64,000 nucleotides of DNA, from the NCBI GenBank assembly GCA_048887225.1, contig JBHLJY010000001.1:372371-436370 (forward strand), read 5' to 3'. The notes under the pieces were generated by a model. It was not told the DNA's origin, did not search any database, and saw only the letters and a list, made by a program, of their open reading frames with translations. A program made the translations under genes and the position numbers. Below, piece by piece: positions 32,792 through 42,900 of this stretch. This stretch comes from Candidatus Hodarchaeota archaeon (lineage in GTDB: Archaea; Asgardarchaeota; Lokiarchaeia; Sigyniarchaeales; SOKP01). How positions within the stretch are numbered: position 1 is the stretch's first letter; each line of letters opens with the position of its first letter.

Positions 32792-33925
32792 ATGAGTAAA
32801 GTCGGTATTGCTACACTTCCTTTGCATGGTGGTAAAGCGCCAGCGTGGTTATTTAAACGAATGGTAATATTAGCAAAACCAATGTTTAAAATTTTATTTG
32901 ATGAGGAGGGACCTAACGGCATTTTAAAAAAGTTATCTGATACATATTGGTTTCAGGGATTATCTTGTATATTAGGTTATGATTGGCATTCAAGTGGTAC
33001 GACAACTGTTTTAGGAGGTGTATTAAGAGAAGTTTTAAATCCAAAAGATCATAAATTGATTGTTGCTGGAGGAAAAGGTAAAACATCATTAAAAGTAAAA
33101 GATCATTTACTTAACAACGCAAAATCATTAGATTATTCTGAAGATGATGTAGAAGAGTTAAGTGAAACTAGTAGATTAGTAGCAAAAATAGATAATGCTG
33201 CAATTCAAGATGGATTCTCCCTATACCATCATTTAATGGTTGTTTCAGAACACAATTGGGCGATAATACAACAGGGTATTGATGAGAATATACAAAAAGC
33301 AAGGCGATATCATTGGCTTTCTCAAGAATTAAATAGCTTCTTAAATGATCCTCATACTGATATTAGCTCAGAAATCCTTAAAGACAAAGCTTTAAATATG
33401 GCATCGAGGGATAGCCACGAATGTAGGAAAGTTTCCTTGGATTTAATAACAGAGGGATCAAAAAGAATTAAGAGATACTTGAGTAAGTTAAAGGATCGGA
33501 ATCAAACGACGTTGGGTGATTTCGTTAATCCAAATCAGCCAATTTCGCTCAATAACTTGCCTCATCTTAACATGCCAATACCATTTAATTTGAAATGGGA
33601 GAGTGTAGAAATGGCAAAAGAATTAGCTATTACTGATTATACTGAATTATTAAAAATTCGAGGTTTAGGACCAGGTTTAATAAGGGCATTAGCATTAATC
33701 TCTGAGTTTATGTGGGGTGAAGCCCCAAGTTGGAAAGATCCTGCAAAATATGCTTATGCAGTGGGGGGAAAAGATGGAATTCCTTATTTTACAAATATAA
33801 AAAGAATGGAACGATGTGCGCAAATCTTAGAAAATGCATTAAATCAAGCCCGTTTGAACAAAAGAGATAAAATAAATGCTCTCAAAAGGCTCCATACGTT
33901 TAACAAAAGGAAGATGTTGATATAG
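32792..33925 (+). CDS. DUF763 family protein
   Basis: LPLHGGKAPAWLFKRM, DWHSSGTTT, AVGGKDG. Confidence 0.92.
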   Translation: MSKVGIATLPLHGGKAPAWLFKRMVILAKPMFKILFDEEGPNGILKKLSDTYWFQGLSCILGYDWHSSGTTTVLGGVLREVLNPKDHKLIVAGGKGKTSLKVKDHLLNNAKSLDYSEDDVEELSETSRLVAKIDNAAIQDGFSLYHHLMVVSEHNWAIIQQGIDENIQKARRYHWLSQELNSFLNDPHTDISSEILKDKALNMASRDSHECRKVSLDLITEGSKRIKRYLSKLKDRNQTTLGDFVNPNQPISLNNLPHLNMPIPFNLKWESVEMAKELAITDYTELLKIRGLGPGLIRALALISEFMWGEAPSWKDPAKYAYAVGGKDGIPYFTNIKRMERCAQILENALNQARLNKRDKINALKRLHTFNKRKMLI

Positions 33926-33934
33926 AGATTAATA

Positions 33935-35287
33935 TCATTTTTCTGACGATCCATTTTCGGAATTATCTTTACCTTCAATTATTTTTTTAATCGATTCTTG
34001 CCATTTATTCCCCCAGCTTTTAATCTTATCTCCAATTTTTTTACCCATGGCAAGCATTCCTAACTCAAATGGAGATGGTTCAGCTTCGGGTCTTGTAAAA
34101 AACGCCCCTATATATTTAAACACTTGCTTTAGTGTATATTTGTCAACCATAAATTCTTTAAATCGGTTTGATGATTTAAAGACAATAATAGCAATCAAGA
34201 TTGTCAATAAAGAACATATTAAAAAAATCCGATGGTAAATAGTAATCAATTCCAAGTTTGGTATAAAGAATGTTGGGAGTATTGGGATATCAATTTTAAA
34301 AAATGAATCTAAAATTGCCATATGATAACCAAGTGCAATTCCCATGATAATTAAAACAAGTCCTCGTTCCCCAAATATAGTTCTGAGTCGATCTGTAAAA
34401 TATAGTCTAGATTGGAAGCGAATAGGTACTTCATGTGGTTTTAATCGGGTTGGAGTCTCAGAAATTCGTCTTGTAAAGCTCTGAACTAAAAAAAGAACAA
34501 TAATTAATAAAAAAACCATGTCAACAATTAAGGAGAGAAAGGATGTGCTTATAGTAGAAAAACTCATCACCAAGTGAAAAAACATAAATATATAAAAAAA
34601 TCCAAGAGCAGTAGCAAAATTAACAATTCCAGGAACGGATTCGACTTTCTCAGGTGCTCTCTTTATCAAGATTAATAAAATTAGCATGGTGATGATTCCA
34701 AAAATACCAAGAATTAAACCTCCGATAGAATGGTTAAATATTATTAATAAGATGTAAAGTGGAATGGATACTAAGATTATAATTTTTATGAGATAACCAA
34801 AAAAAATATGTTCATTTGGCATGCCAAGTGCAATTACTTTCTTAGGAAATGATGTAAAGAAATATAGCGTTAAAAAAAACAAAGACAATAAAGAAATAAG
34901 AATCCATATTAAAAGGTAAAACAATTTAGAATATCTAAAAAACACGTGGCTATATTCCAATTCAAAATAAAAAAGGGCAAAAATAAAGAGACCAAGAACA
35001 CTGAATGCAACTATATAGTATAAGAAAAGACTTTTAATCCTTCCAATTAAGACACCAGAAATTATTATTCCAAATGAAACAAATAGCTCAAATAAAAACA
35101 AGAACTGAATGATTCTTAAGGATATTAAAAGATTCAAATAATAAAGTATGGCCAAGACTGTATTAAGTGCCATAATAAAGAGAGTTATGAGTGCGAAAGG
35201 TAAATATTCCTTCCGCTTCAATTTTTGAATCCCTCCAAAGATTTGATTTTTTAAGAACCAAGATAGAGTTCTTTCAAGATAAGACAT
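33935..35287 (-). CDS. Multi-pass membrane protein, unknown function
   Basis: About 10 hydrophobic segments in a 450 aa ORF. Confidence 0.75.
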   Translation of the reverse strand: MSYLERTLSWFLKNQIFGGIQKLKRKEYLPFALITLFIMALNTVLAILYYLNLLISLRIIQFLFLFELFVSFGIIISGVLIGRIKSLFLYYIVAFSVLGLFIFALFYFELEYSHVFFRYSKLFYLLIWILISLLSLFFLTLYFFTSFPKKVIALGMPNEHIFFGYLIKIIILVSIPLYILLIIFNHSIGGLILGIFGIITMLILLILIKRAPEKVESVPGIVNFATALGFFYIFMFFHLVMSFSTISTSFLSLIVDMVFLLIIVLFLVQSFTRRISETPTRLKPHEVPIRFQSRLYFTDRLRTIFGERGLVLIIMGIALGYHMAILDSFFKIDIPILPTFFIPNLELITIYHRIFLICSLLTILIAIIVFKSSNRFKEFMVDKYTLKQVFKYIGAFFTRPEAEPSPFELGMLAMGKKIGDKIKSWGNKWQESIKKIIEGKDNSENGSSEK

Positions 35288-35544
35288 GAATGGATAAATG
35301 AATAAAAGTATAAAATTATTAGTTTCTTCTTAGAATATGCTATTTTCTAATAACTTAGATTATTTCACATTATAACAATATTTGTATTTTATATAAATCA
35401 TTTTTAAGATTTGGACAGTAATTTTATAAGAAAAATTCACTCAAACTATGGAAAACATTTAAAGAAAATTTAAAATTCAGTAATTAATTTTCCAAAATAA
35501 TTTATTAATTTATTAAAATAATAAAAAAAACAAGTTTGAATAAA

Positions 35545-37029
35545 ATGTCATATAAATTACCAGATGATAAAGATTTAGAAGCCATGATTGGCATTGTAGG
35601 TAAGCAATACGCCACAAACAACAAAGCTATAACAGCGTCCTACCTTGCCAAATCTGTCATGGGCTTAGAAAGTCAAATTCCTGATATTGTCGTACGACCA
35701 AAATATGTCGAAGAAATCCGTAAAATCCTTATATATTGTACGGCTGAGAAAATTGCAGTCTCTCCGGTTTCTGGAGGATTATCTGGTGGTTTTTCATGTC
35801 CAACTATCAAGCCCGGAGGAATCCTTATCGATTTAAGTAGAATGAAAAGAATAATTGAAATCGACGAGGCTAACCGCTATGCCATTGTTGAGCCAGGGGT
35901 AACTATAGGGGAACTCTGGGCGTATATGCATAAAAATCATCCAGATTGGGCACCCCCTATACCAGATGGCGCTCCACCGGCAAGTACAGTAATGGGAGAT
36001 GCTATTGACCGTGGTTTCGCACTATACACCTCTAGTGTAGGACCACAAGGAGATAATTTCATGTGTGCGGAAATAGTATTTCCGAACGGAGATGTCCTTC
36101 GGACCGGCTCTTGGGCACTTCCTTTTGCTAAACCTTTCTACAAATACGGTTTAGGACCTGATATTTGGTCATTCATTATGGGTAGTCAAGGAGCTTTGGG
36201 TATAGTCACAAAAGTCGCCGTTAAAATTTATCCCCACCCCGAATTTAAGACCGTTATTACATGGGGTATGTCTAATCCTTACGATATGCAAGATTTAACC
36301 CTTGAATTAGGTCATTTAGAATTTGGAATTGCCCATAACACAGTTATGGTGCAGGGAGGTAATTATCCACTTGTTATGACACGCTGGCCAAAAGATAAAA
36401 TACCTCATGATTATAAGTTCTATGAAGAAATTGGAATCCCTAAATGGTGGATGAATTGGGAGATTTGGGCTCAAGAACAAAGTGAAATGGATCATGTGAT
36501 TGATGTAATCAATAAAAGGGCTAAAGATTTCAAAGAAAATCGAGCTAAAGACGGTGCGGCAATGAAACCTTGGGAACTTCATCCTAAGCAAATAGCAAGC
36601 AGGCTAAAAAAGCCAAATAAAATAGCTGTACCATATGGTTTTTACGAAGCAGGATTCTTGTTTATTACATGGTATACACCTTGGCCAGAGTGCGCAGAAT
36701 TTGCAGAGATGTACGTTGCAGCAGCAGAAAAATATGGTATTCCTCCTACACTTTGGATTGCGAGCATAGAACGCTGTAGACAAGCAATTTGCATGCCAAT
36801 TGTATGTTTTGATAGTACAAAAGAAGAGGACTTTGAGAAAGTCCAAGATCTCAATCGAGAAACTACAGAATACGGTTTAAAAAGAGGGTGGTTAAATTAT
36901 CGTCCTGACCCTTACATACATATAGAAGCTTATTATCAGGCAGGGATGTATTGGAAATACCTAAGAAAAATAAAGAAGATGTTTGATCCTAATATGATAA
37001 TGCATCCGGGTAGATTGGCCCTACCCTAA
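35545..37029 (+). CDS. FAD-binding oxidoreductase (VAO/PCMH, GlcD-like)
   Basis: PDIVVRP, IDLSRMKRI, VEPGVT, GSQGALGIVTK, FDPNMIMHPG. Confidence 0.9.
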   Translation: MSYKLPDDKDLEAMIGIVGKQYATNNKAITASYLAKSVMGLESQIPDIVVRPKYVEEIRKILIYCTAEKIAVSPVSGGLSGGFSCPTIKPGGILIDLSRMKRIIEIDEANRYAIVEPGVTIGELWAYMHKNHPDWAPPIPDGAPPASTVMGDAIDRGFALYTSSVGPQGDNFMCAEIVFPNGDVLRTGSWALPFAKPFYKYGLGPDIWSFIMGSQGALGIVTKVAVKIYPHPEFKTVITWGMSNPYDMQDLTLELGHLEFGIAHNTVMVQGGNYPLVMTRWPKDKIPHDYKFYEEIGIPKWWMNWEIWAQEQSEMDHVIDVINKRAKDFKENRAKDGAAMKPWELHPKQIASRLKKPNKIAVPYGFYEAGFLFITWYTPWPECAEFAEMYVAAAEKYGIPPTLWIASIERCRQAICMPIVCFDSTKEEDFEKVQDLNRETTEYGLKRGWLNYRPDPYIHIEAYYQAGMYWKYLRKIKKMFDPNMIMHPGRLALP

Positions 37030-37051
37030 TCAAAATAAGGAGGTAAAAAAA

Positions 37052-38437
37052 ATGGCTAAAAGTGGAATTGAACGGCTCAATGAGCTGAAGAAAGAAATAT
37101 TCAAATGTATTCACTGTAAGGCTTGTCGCTTCGCTTACTCAGGCGAGCCTAGTAGAAAAGGAATTGGTGAGCACCAAGGCAAACAAGGAGATGTGCTCTA
37201 TGAAGGTATGGTAGATGCTTGCCCAGCAGGTATAGAATATGGATGGGAGGCATTCTGGAACGCTGGTAAAATCTGGATAGCTCGATCAATTCTTAATGGT
37301 GATCTAGAATTTTCTGAGGAAGTCCGAGATGTAATATTACCATGTATTACATGCGGCATGTGTAGTGCGCAGTGTGAAAATAAGATTCCAACCGTAGACA
37401 TAATTGAATCATTACGAGCAGCATGTATAGAAGCTGGTGTTCCCTTAATTGATAAACATGAATTGGTTAAAAAATTAACGGAGGAAAGAAATAATCCTTA
37501 TGGCGGTGCTGCTGATGAGCGATTGAAATGGGCAAAAGATGCAGGTTTAGAGAAATTTATTAATAATAAAGATGCAAAAATTGCCTATTATGTGGGCTGT
37601 ACTGCAAGTTATCGTCAAGTAGAAGTAGCTATCGCAACCGCAAAACTTTTCGAGCAATTAGGGATTAATTTTACGATCGTTGAGGATGAAGTATGCTGTG
37701 GCAGCCCATTTTTTAGAATTGGTGCTGTAGATACTGCTCAAGAATTAATGAAGAAAAATCTCGCAGCCTTTAAGAATGTAAAGAAGGTATATTTTTCTTG
37801 TGCTGGTTGTTATAGAACATTTACTGTTGATTATCCGAAGTGGATGGGTGGTGAAGATGAAAAACTTCCTTTTAAAACTATGCATGCTTTTGAATTAATT
37901 GCTCAATTAATCCAGGATGGCAAAATAAAATTCAAACCTAATAAAGATCTAAAGGGCAAGGTTGTTACATACCACGATCCATGCCATACAGGAAGGCATT
38001 TTGGATTAGAATTTGAACAAGAACTTATTAAACAAAGCAAGAATTTAATGTTTGATATGCGCAAGATAAAACAAAAAATAGATGAGTGGTTTGAGAAGCC
38101 AAGAATTATCTTAAGGAAACTTGAAGAAGATGTTGGTATCGTTTTTAAAGAGATGTATCGTATCAAACTCGATAGTATGTGCTGTGGGGCTGGCGGGGGA
38201 GTTAGAGCAGGATATCCTGATTTTTCGCTCAGAACCGCGAGTCTTAGATGCGATGAGGCAAATGCAATAGGCGCAGATATTCTTACAACCGAATGTCCCT
38301 TCTGCTGGCGTAATTTAACGGATGCTAATGATTTATATGCTCACGGCATGCAAGTATTAGGCGTTCTTCAGATGATCACTGAATATAATTTATTAGATAT
38401 TGTAGAAAAACCTACAGAAAAAGATTTCTTAATCTAA
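37052..38437 (+). CDS. Fe-S/CCG-domain oxidoreductase (GlcF/HdrD-like)
   Basis: CIHCKAC, CITCGMCSAQC, CCGSP, YHDPCH, CCGAGGG, CPFC. Confidence 0.9.
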   Translation: MAKSGIERLNELKKEIFKCIHCKACRFAYSGEPSRKGIGEHQGKQGDVLYEGMVDACPAGIEYGWEAFWNAGKIWIARSILNGDLEFSEEVRDVILPCITCGMCSAQCENKIPTVDIIESLRAACIEAGVPLIDKHELVKKLTEERNNPYGGAADERLKWAKDAGLEKFINNKDAKIAYYVGCTASYRQVEVAIATAKLFEQLGINFTIVEDEVCCGSPFFRIGAVDTAQELMKKNLAAFKNVKKVYFSCAGCYRTFTVDYPKWMGGEDEKLPFKTMHAFELIAQLIQDGKIKFKPNKDLKGKVVTYHDPCHTGRHFGLEFEQELIKQSKNLMFDMRKIKQKIDEWFEKPRIILRKLEEDVGIVFKEMYRIKLDSMCCGAGGGVRAGYPDFSLRTASLRCDEANAIGADILTTECPFCWRNLTDANDLYAHGMQVLGVLQMITEYNLLDIVEKPTEKDFLI

Positions 38438-38442
38438 AGAAC

Positions 38443-38478
38443 ACGAGCTTATTGCTCGTAATTTTTTATTTTCTTTTT
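38443..38478 (+). terminator. Hairpin plus T-tract between convergent genes
   Basis: ACGAGC-TTATT-GCTCGT followed by AATTTTTTATTTCTTTTT. Confidence 0.6.
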
Positions 38479-39661
38479 ATTTCAAAAAATCTTCAATGAG
38501 ATTATAGACTATTTCCAAAATCTCTAAATTTGGTAAAAATGTAAGCCTTATATGTCCTTTACCGTAATTTCCAAAACCAGAACCATATACACCACAAACA
38601 CCTGTTTTTTTAACTAGCTCTATTACAAATTCCTTGTCATCCTTCCATTTTGAAAATTCATTAAAATCTATTTTTGGAAATAAATAAAACGCTCCATCTG
38701 CATTATTACATGATATCCCTTCAATTTGTCGCAGTCTTTTGTAAGAATAATCGCGTCTTTCTTTTAATTTCTTGACCATATTATCAGTGTGGTTACCGGG
38801 ATTCCTCAATGCTTCTATCGCTGCATATTGTGCAATTGAGTTTGCACATAACCTAGCTCTTGCCATCTTTGCTAATCCTTCTTTTAATTCTTTTAATTTG
38901 TTCTCTGGGTCATGATAATAAAGATAACCAATTCTCCATCCTGTAGCAAGATGAGCTTTTGAAAAACCGTTCATTCCTATTATAGGAACATCTTTAGTAA
39001 GGGAAGCTGGACAAGTGTATTCTTTTTCATAAATTATTTGATCGTATATTTCATCCGATATAATTGGTAAATTATATTCTCCGGCAATATCTATTATTTC
39101 TTTTACTTTTTTATGGGTATAGACTACGCCAGTTGGATTATTTGGAGATGCTATTAATATCCCTTGTGTCTTATCCGTTATTTTCTTTCTTAAATCGTCG
39201 ATATTAGGGTCCCAATCGTTGCCTTCGTCAAGTTCGTATTCAATAGGTATACCCTCAAAAAACTTAGCATAATTAATATATACGGGATAAGATGGTCCAG
39301 GAATTAAGATTTCGCTGTTTTTCTCTATTATTCCTGCTAAAACGAAAAAAATTCCCTCAGTAACACCAGAAGTAATTAAAATATCATCAGCAGTAGTTTC
39401 TACATAGTTTTTACGTCTTTCATAATTGCTAATTTCTTCGCGAAGTTCATATACACCTAAGGAATCAACATAAAAATTTTGACCTTTAAATGTTGCTTCG
39501 GCCAATGCCTGTGAAATATATTCCGGAGTTCCGAAATCGTATTTTACAGGATCCCCTATATTTAAATGGTAAACCTTTTTTCCGCTCTTCTTTACATGAT
39601 TAGCCACAACCGCCACATCGCGTATCGCGTACTCTAAATCTCTAATCCTTCTAGATACCAT
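38477..39661 (-). CDS. Class I/II PLP aminotransferase (AlaA-like)
   Basis: LEYAIRD, LNIGDP, PNNPTG, SDEIY, GFSKAHLATGWRIG. Confidence 0.92.
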   Translation of the reverse strand: MVSRRIRDLEYAIRDVAVVANHVKKSGKKVYHLNIGDPVKYDFGTPEYISQALAEATFKGQNFYVDSLGVYELREEISNYERRKNYVETTADDILITSGVTEGIFFVLAGIIEKNSEILIPGPSYPVYINYAKFFEGIPIEYELDEGNDWDPNIDDLRKKITDKTQGILIASPNNPTGVVYTHKKVKEIIDIAGEYNLPIISDEIYDQIIYEKEYTCPASLTKDVPIIGMNGFSKAHLATGWRIGYLYYHDPENKLKELKEGLAKMARARLCANSIAQYAAIEALRNPGNHTDNMVKKLKERRDYSYKRLRQIEGISCNNADGAFYLFPKIDFNEFSKWKDDKEFVIELVKKTGVCGVYGSGFGNYGKGHIRLTFLPNLEILEIVYNLIEDFLK

Positions 39662-39938
39662 TAAAGAACAACAAACCAGTTATAAAATCTGAAACGTTTA
39701 TTGCTTATATAAAGTATTATAAAGTTAAATAATATTATTATTAGCAAAAAAAGAAATGAGTAAGTTCTTATTAATATCAAAACAATTGCTTTAATGAATG
39801 TGATATATTAGAAATTGGTCTCCGAAAGATTAATTATTATTTTTATCGATTTTTTAGACATTATAAATGAAACATAAAAATAAATGAATTTGTCACCTTT
39901 AATATCAAAACGAATTTTTTCGGAGTTTTTAACTATAC

Positions 39939-42900
39939 TTGATTAAAGAAAATTTGATTTTCAAGGAAGATTTAGTAGATGGAAAATCCGGTTATCCTTA
40001 CATTACAATTTTTAAAAAGGAACCGTTTAGATCTTTTATTTTATTAAGAAAAAGGGAGATTGGGTCTTTTTATATTAGAAAATATGAGGAGGTCGTAGAA
40101 TTTTATCAATTTTTTAATAAAAATTTACTAAAAAACAAATTTCTTAACCTCGAAAATATTTACTGGTTTCTCTTATTAAGAAAATATTTAAAACAAGAGA
40201 AGAAAGATAATAAAAATAAATTATACGATTTCATTAGGAAATGTGAATTTACTAAAGGTGACATATTAGGTTTTAAATTTTCTCCCTATTCAAATCAAAA
40301 AGAGCCTGATATCTGGTCCACTTATTTCGCTTTAGCTAGTATGAAATTATTAGGAGTTTTAAAAGAATTTTTTGCTTCGCATGGTCAAAAGCGAGTAATA
40401 AGAGGTATTAAAAACTTTATCACTCTGCACAATAAAGGGGATATATTCCTACATTGTCTAGATAAAGATTGCGAAATTTGTAAAAAGATGTCATCAGCAA
40501 GAACCTTGTATTTCGCATTAGAAGTTTTAAGGTTTTTAGGAATAGATACAAGATTAAGTAAAGATTTGTTTCGTTCCTATTTAAGTGATAGAAAACGGGA
40601 TCCATCAATAGTTTTCAAATTACTATGTCTTAAACTTTTAGATCTTGATTTTAATGTTAATGATAAAACCCTTCAATATCTTCATCAATTTCAAAAAGAA
40701 AACGGCGGTTTTAGTTTTAAAAAAATAAATGGAAGAATTAATACCACTTTTTGGCTAGTATATGTTCTTGATATTTATCAATGGTTATTAGATTATAATC
40801 CTATGGGTATCTATTCTTTTATAAATTTCGAGCTAAATGAGATCTTAAGTAACTCTTCCAATCGGAGCCCCATTAGAATAATGGAACTCTCAAAATTAAT
40901 AATATTATTATCATTTATATGGAAAAAATTCATCAACAACATCGAAAGACTCTTGTTCAAACAATTAGAGCAAGAAAAATATGTTGATTTAAACCAAATT
41001 AAAACATCATTTGGATTGACCCATGGAATTGAAGAAGTAATTTCCTACATTAATAAATATTATATTTTTAATCTGCGTATTTTGGATAATAAAGTAGAAT
41101 TGAATAATTATATTCGTGATTTTAATCAGGAAAAAAAAGCTTTTGTTTTAGATCTTTATGACAAAATCAAAGAAAATAGCATAGTCTCTTTCAAAAAAAA
41201 ATATCTTAAAAAAATTAAATCAAAATATTATCCTGAATCTTTTAAACTGAAAGAAGACATCTTTCCATTAATAAAGGATATGATACAAAGAAACTTTTTA
41301 AAAGGTAAGATTATTAAAAGAAGGTTTGAATTAGATTTTCTATTAGACAAAATCATTGTGTCCGATACCGAAATTAATACAGATCGATTATTTTACGAAA
41401 AAGACAGATTAAAAGAAATTAAAAACGATATATTCAATATGACTTTAAAGCTAAGAAATACATCATCGCAAATTAAAGAGGAGATTGAGTCTTATTTAAT
41501 TTTGGGCGAGATTAATCTTGCTAAAGAAAGATTAATGTATGTTTTAAGAGATGCTTTAATGGAAGCAGACTTTCTTAACGAAAACATTGAAAATTCTTTT
41601 AATGAGGAATTATATTTTGTTAATATTCAGGCTATTTTTGAATCAGAAATTACCCGCTGGAACAAATTATATTCCATTTTAAGTAAAGATTTGAATGAAA
41701 CTAAATCTTATCTTAATGAAAAAATAGCAGAAAAAGAGGAGATAAGAAATTTAAATAATACATTAGAAAATTTAGATGAGAAAATCTTCACCTTTAAAGA
41801 ATCAATAAATAAGAAATTTGATGAGTTTAAGAAGAATTTAAGAGAAGTTAGTGAAAAATATACAGATGATGAATTTTCAATTCTACTTCAAAATTTCGAA
41901 AAAATTAGAGAAATTGTTAGCGAATTTGATAAAAAATTTTATGAAATTTCCCAAAAAATAATCACAAAAGAAGAAAATATTATTCAAAAACGTAAAGACG
42001 TAGTTAATAATTGGATAAGACAAATGAAAGAATTAGATGATGAGTTTAACTTCTATTCTGATGGTTTTAACTTCTTTAGAGAACATTTAAATAAAATAGA
42101 TTATTTGAAAAATGCTATTATTCAAGAAATTAAACCTATAAAGGAAAAAGCTAGAATTAAAACAAAAGAAAGTCAATTTAAGGAAGCCTTTAATGTTATT
42201 AAAGTAGAATCAGATTCTTTGTTAAAAATTAAAACAAGAGAAATTAAAGATCTTCAAGAGAGTGTTAATAAGGCGATAAAATCTAAACAAAAATTATATC
42301 TGCTATATAAACAATTGCAGGAGAAATTAGATAATTTGGAAGAGTATTTACTCAAAGAAATCGCACAACAGATCAAATCTTTAAAAACTAAAGTCGTAGA
42401 AGAAAGAAATAGGGCAAAAATTGAAGACTTTGACAATTTTACTTCCCAAGAGATATCTAACTTTAAAAGTATGTTGAATAATTATAAAAAAAGTTTGGAT
42501 CCATTAAGTGATAAAAATGTTAATGATGTAATTAATGGATTTGATAACATTCAAAATAATTTTGATGAGATAGATCGATTATATTCAAAAAAGTTAAAAA
42601 ACTGTAAAGACCTAGTTGAAGATTTTAATGAAAAATCCAATGTAACCATTATTCAATGGGATAATTTTAAAGAATATTTTTATAACACAATTGATATTTT
42701 AAAAGAAGAACTCATCAATAACATTATTACAGAAAAAATTAATTCTATTGCAAACGAAAGAAAAACAAATACTATTAAAGTTATCGAATTAAAAGAGGAG
42801 TTGGGGTTAAAATGCAGAGTCTTAATGAAGAAAATAAAGGAAATGATTGAAATCTCTAAACTAAATGCTAAGCTTTACGATACCGAAAAATGTGTTTTAT

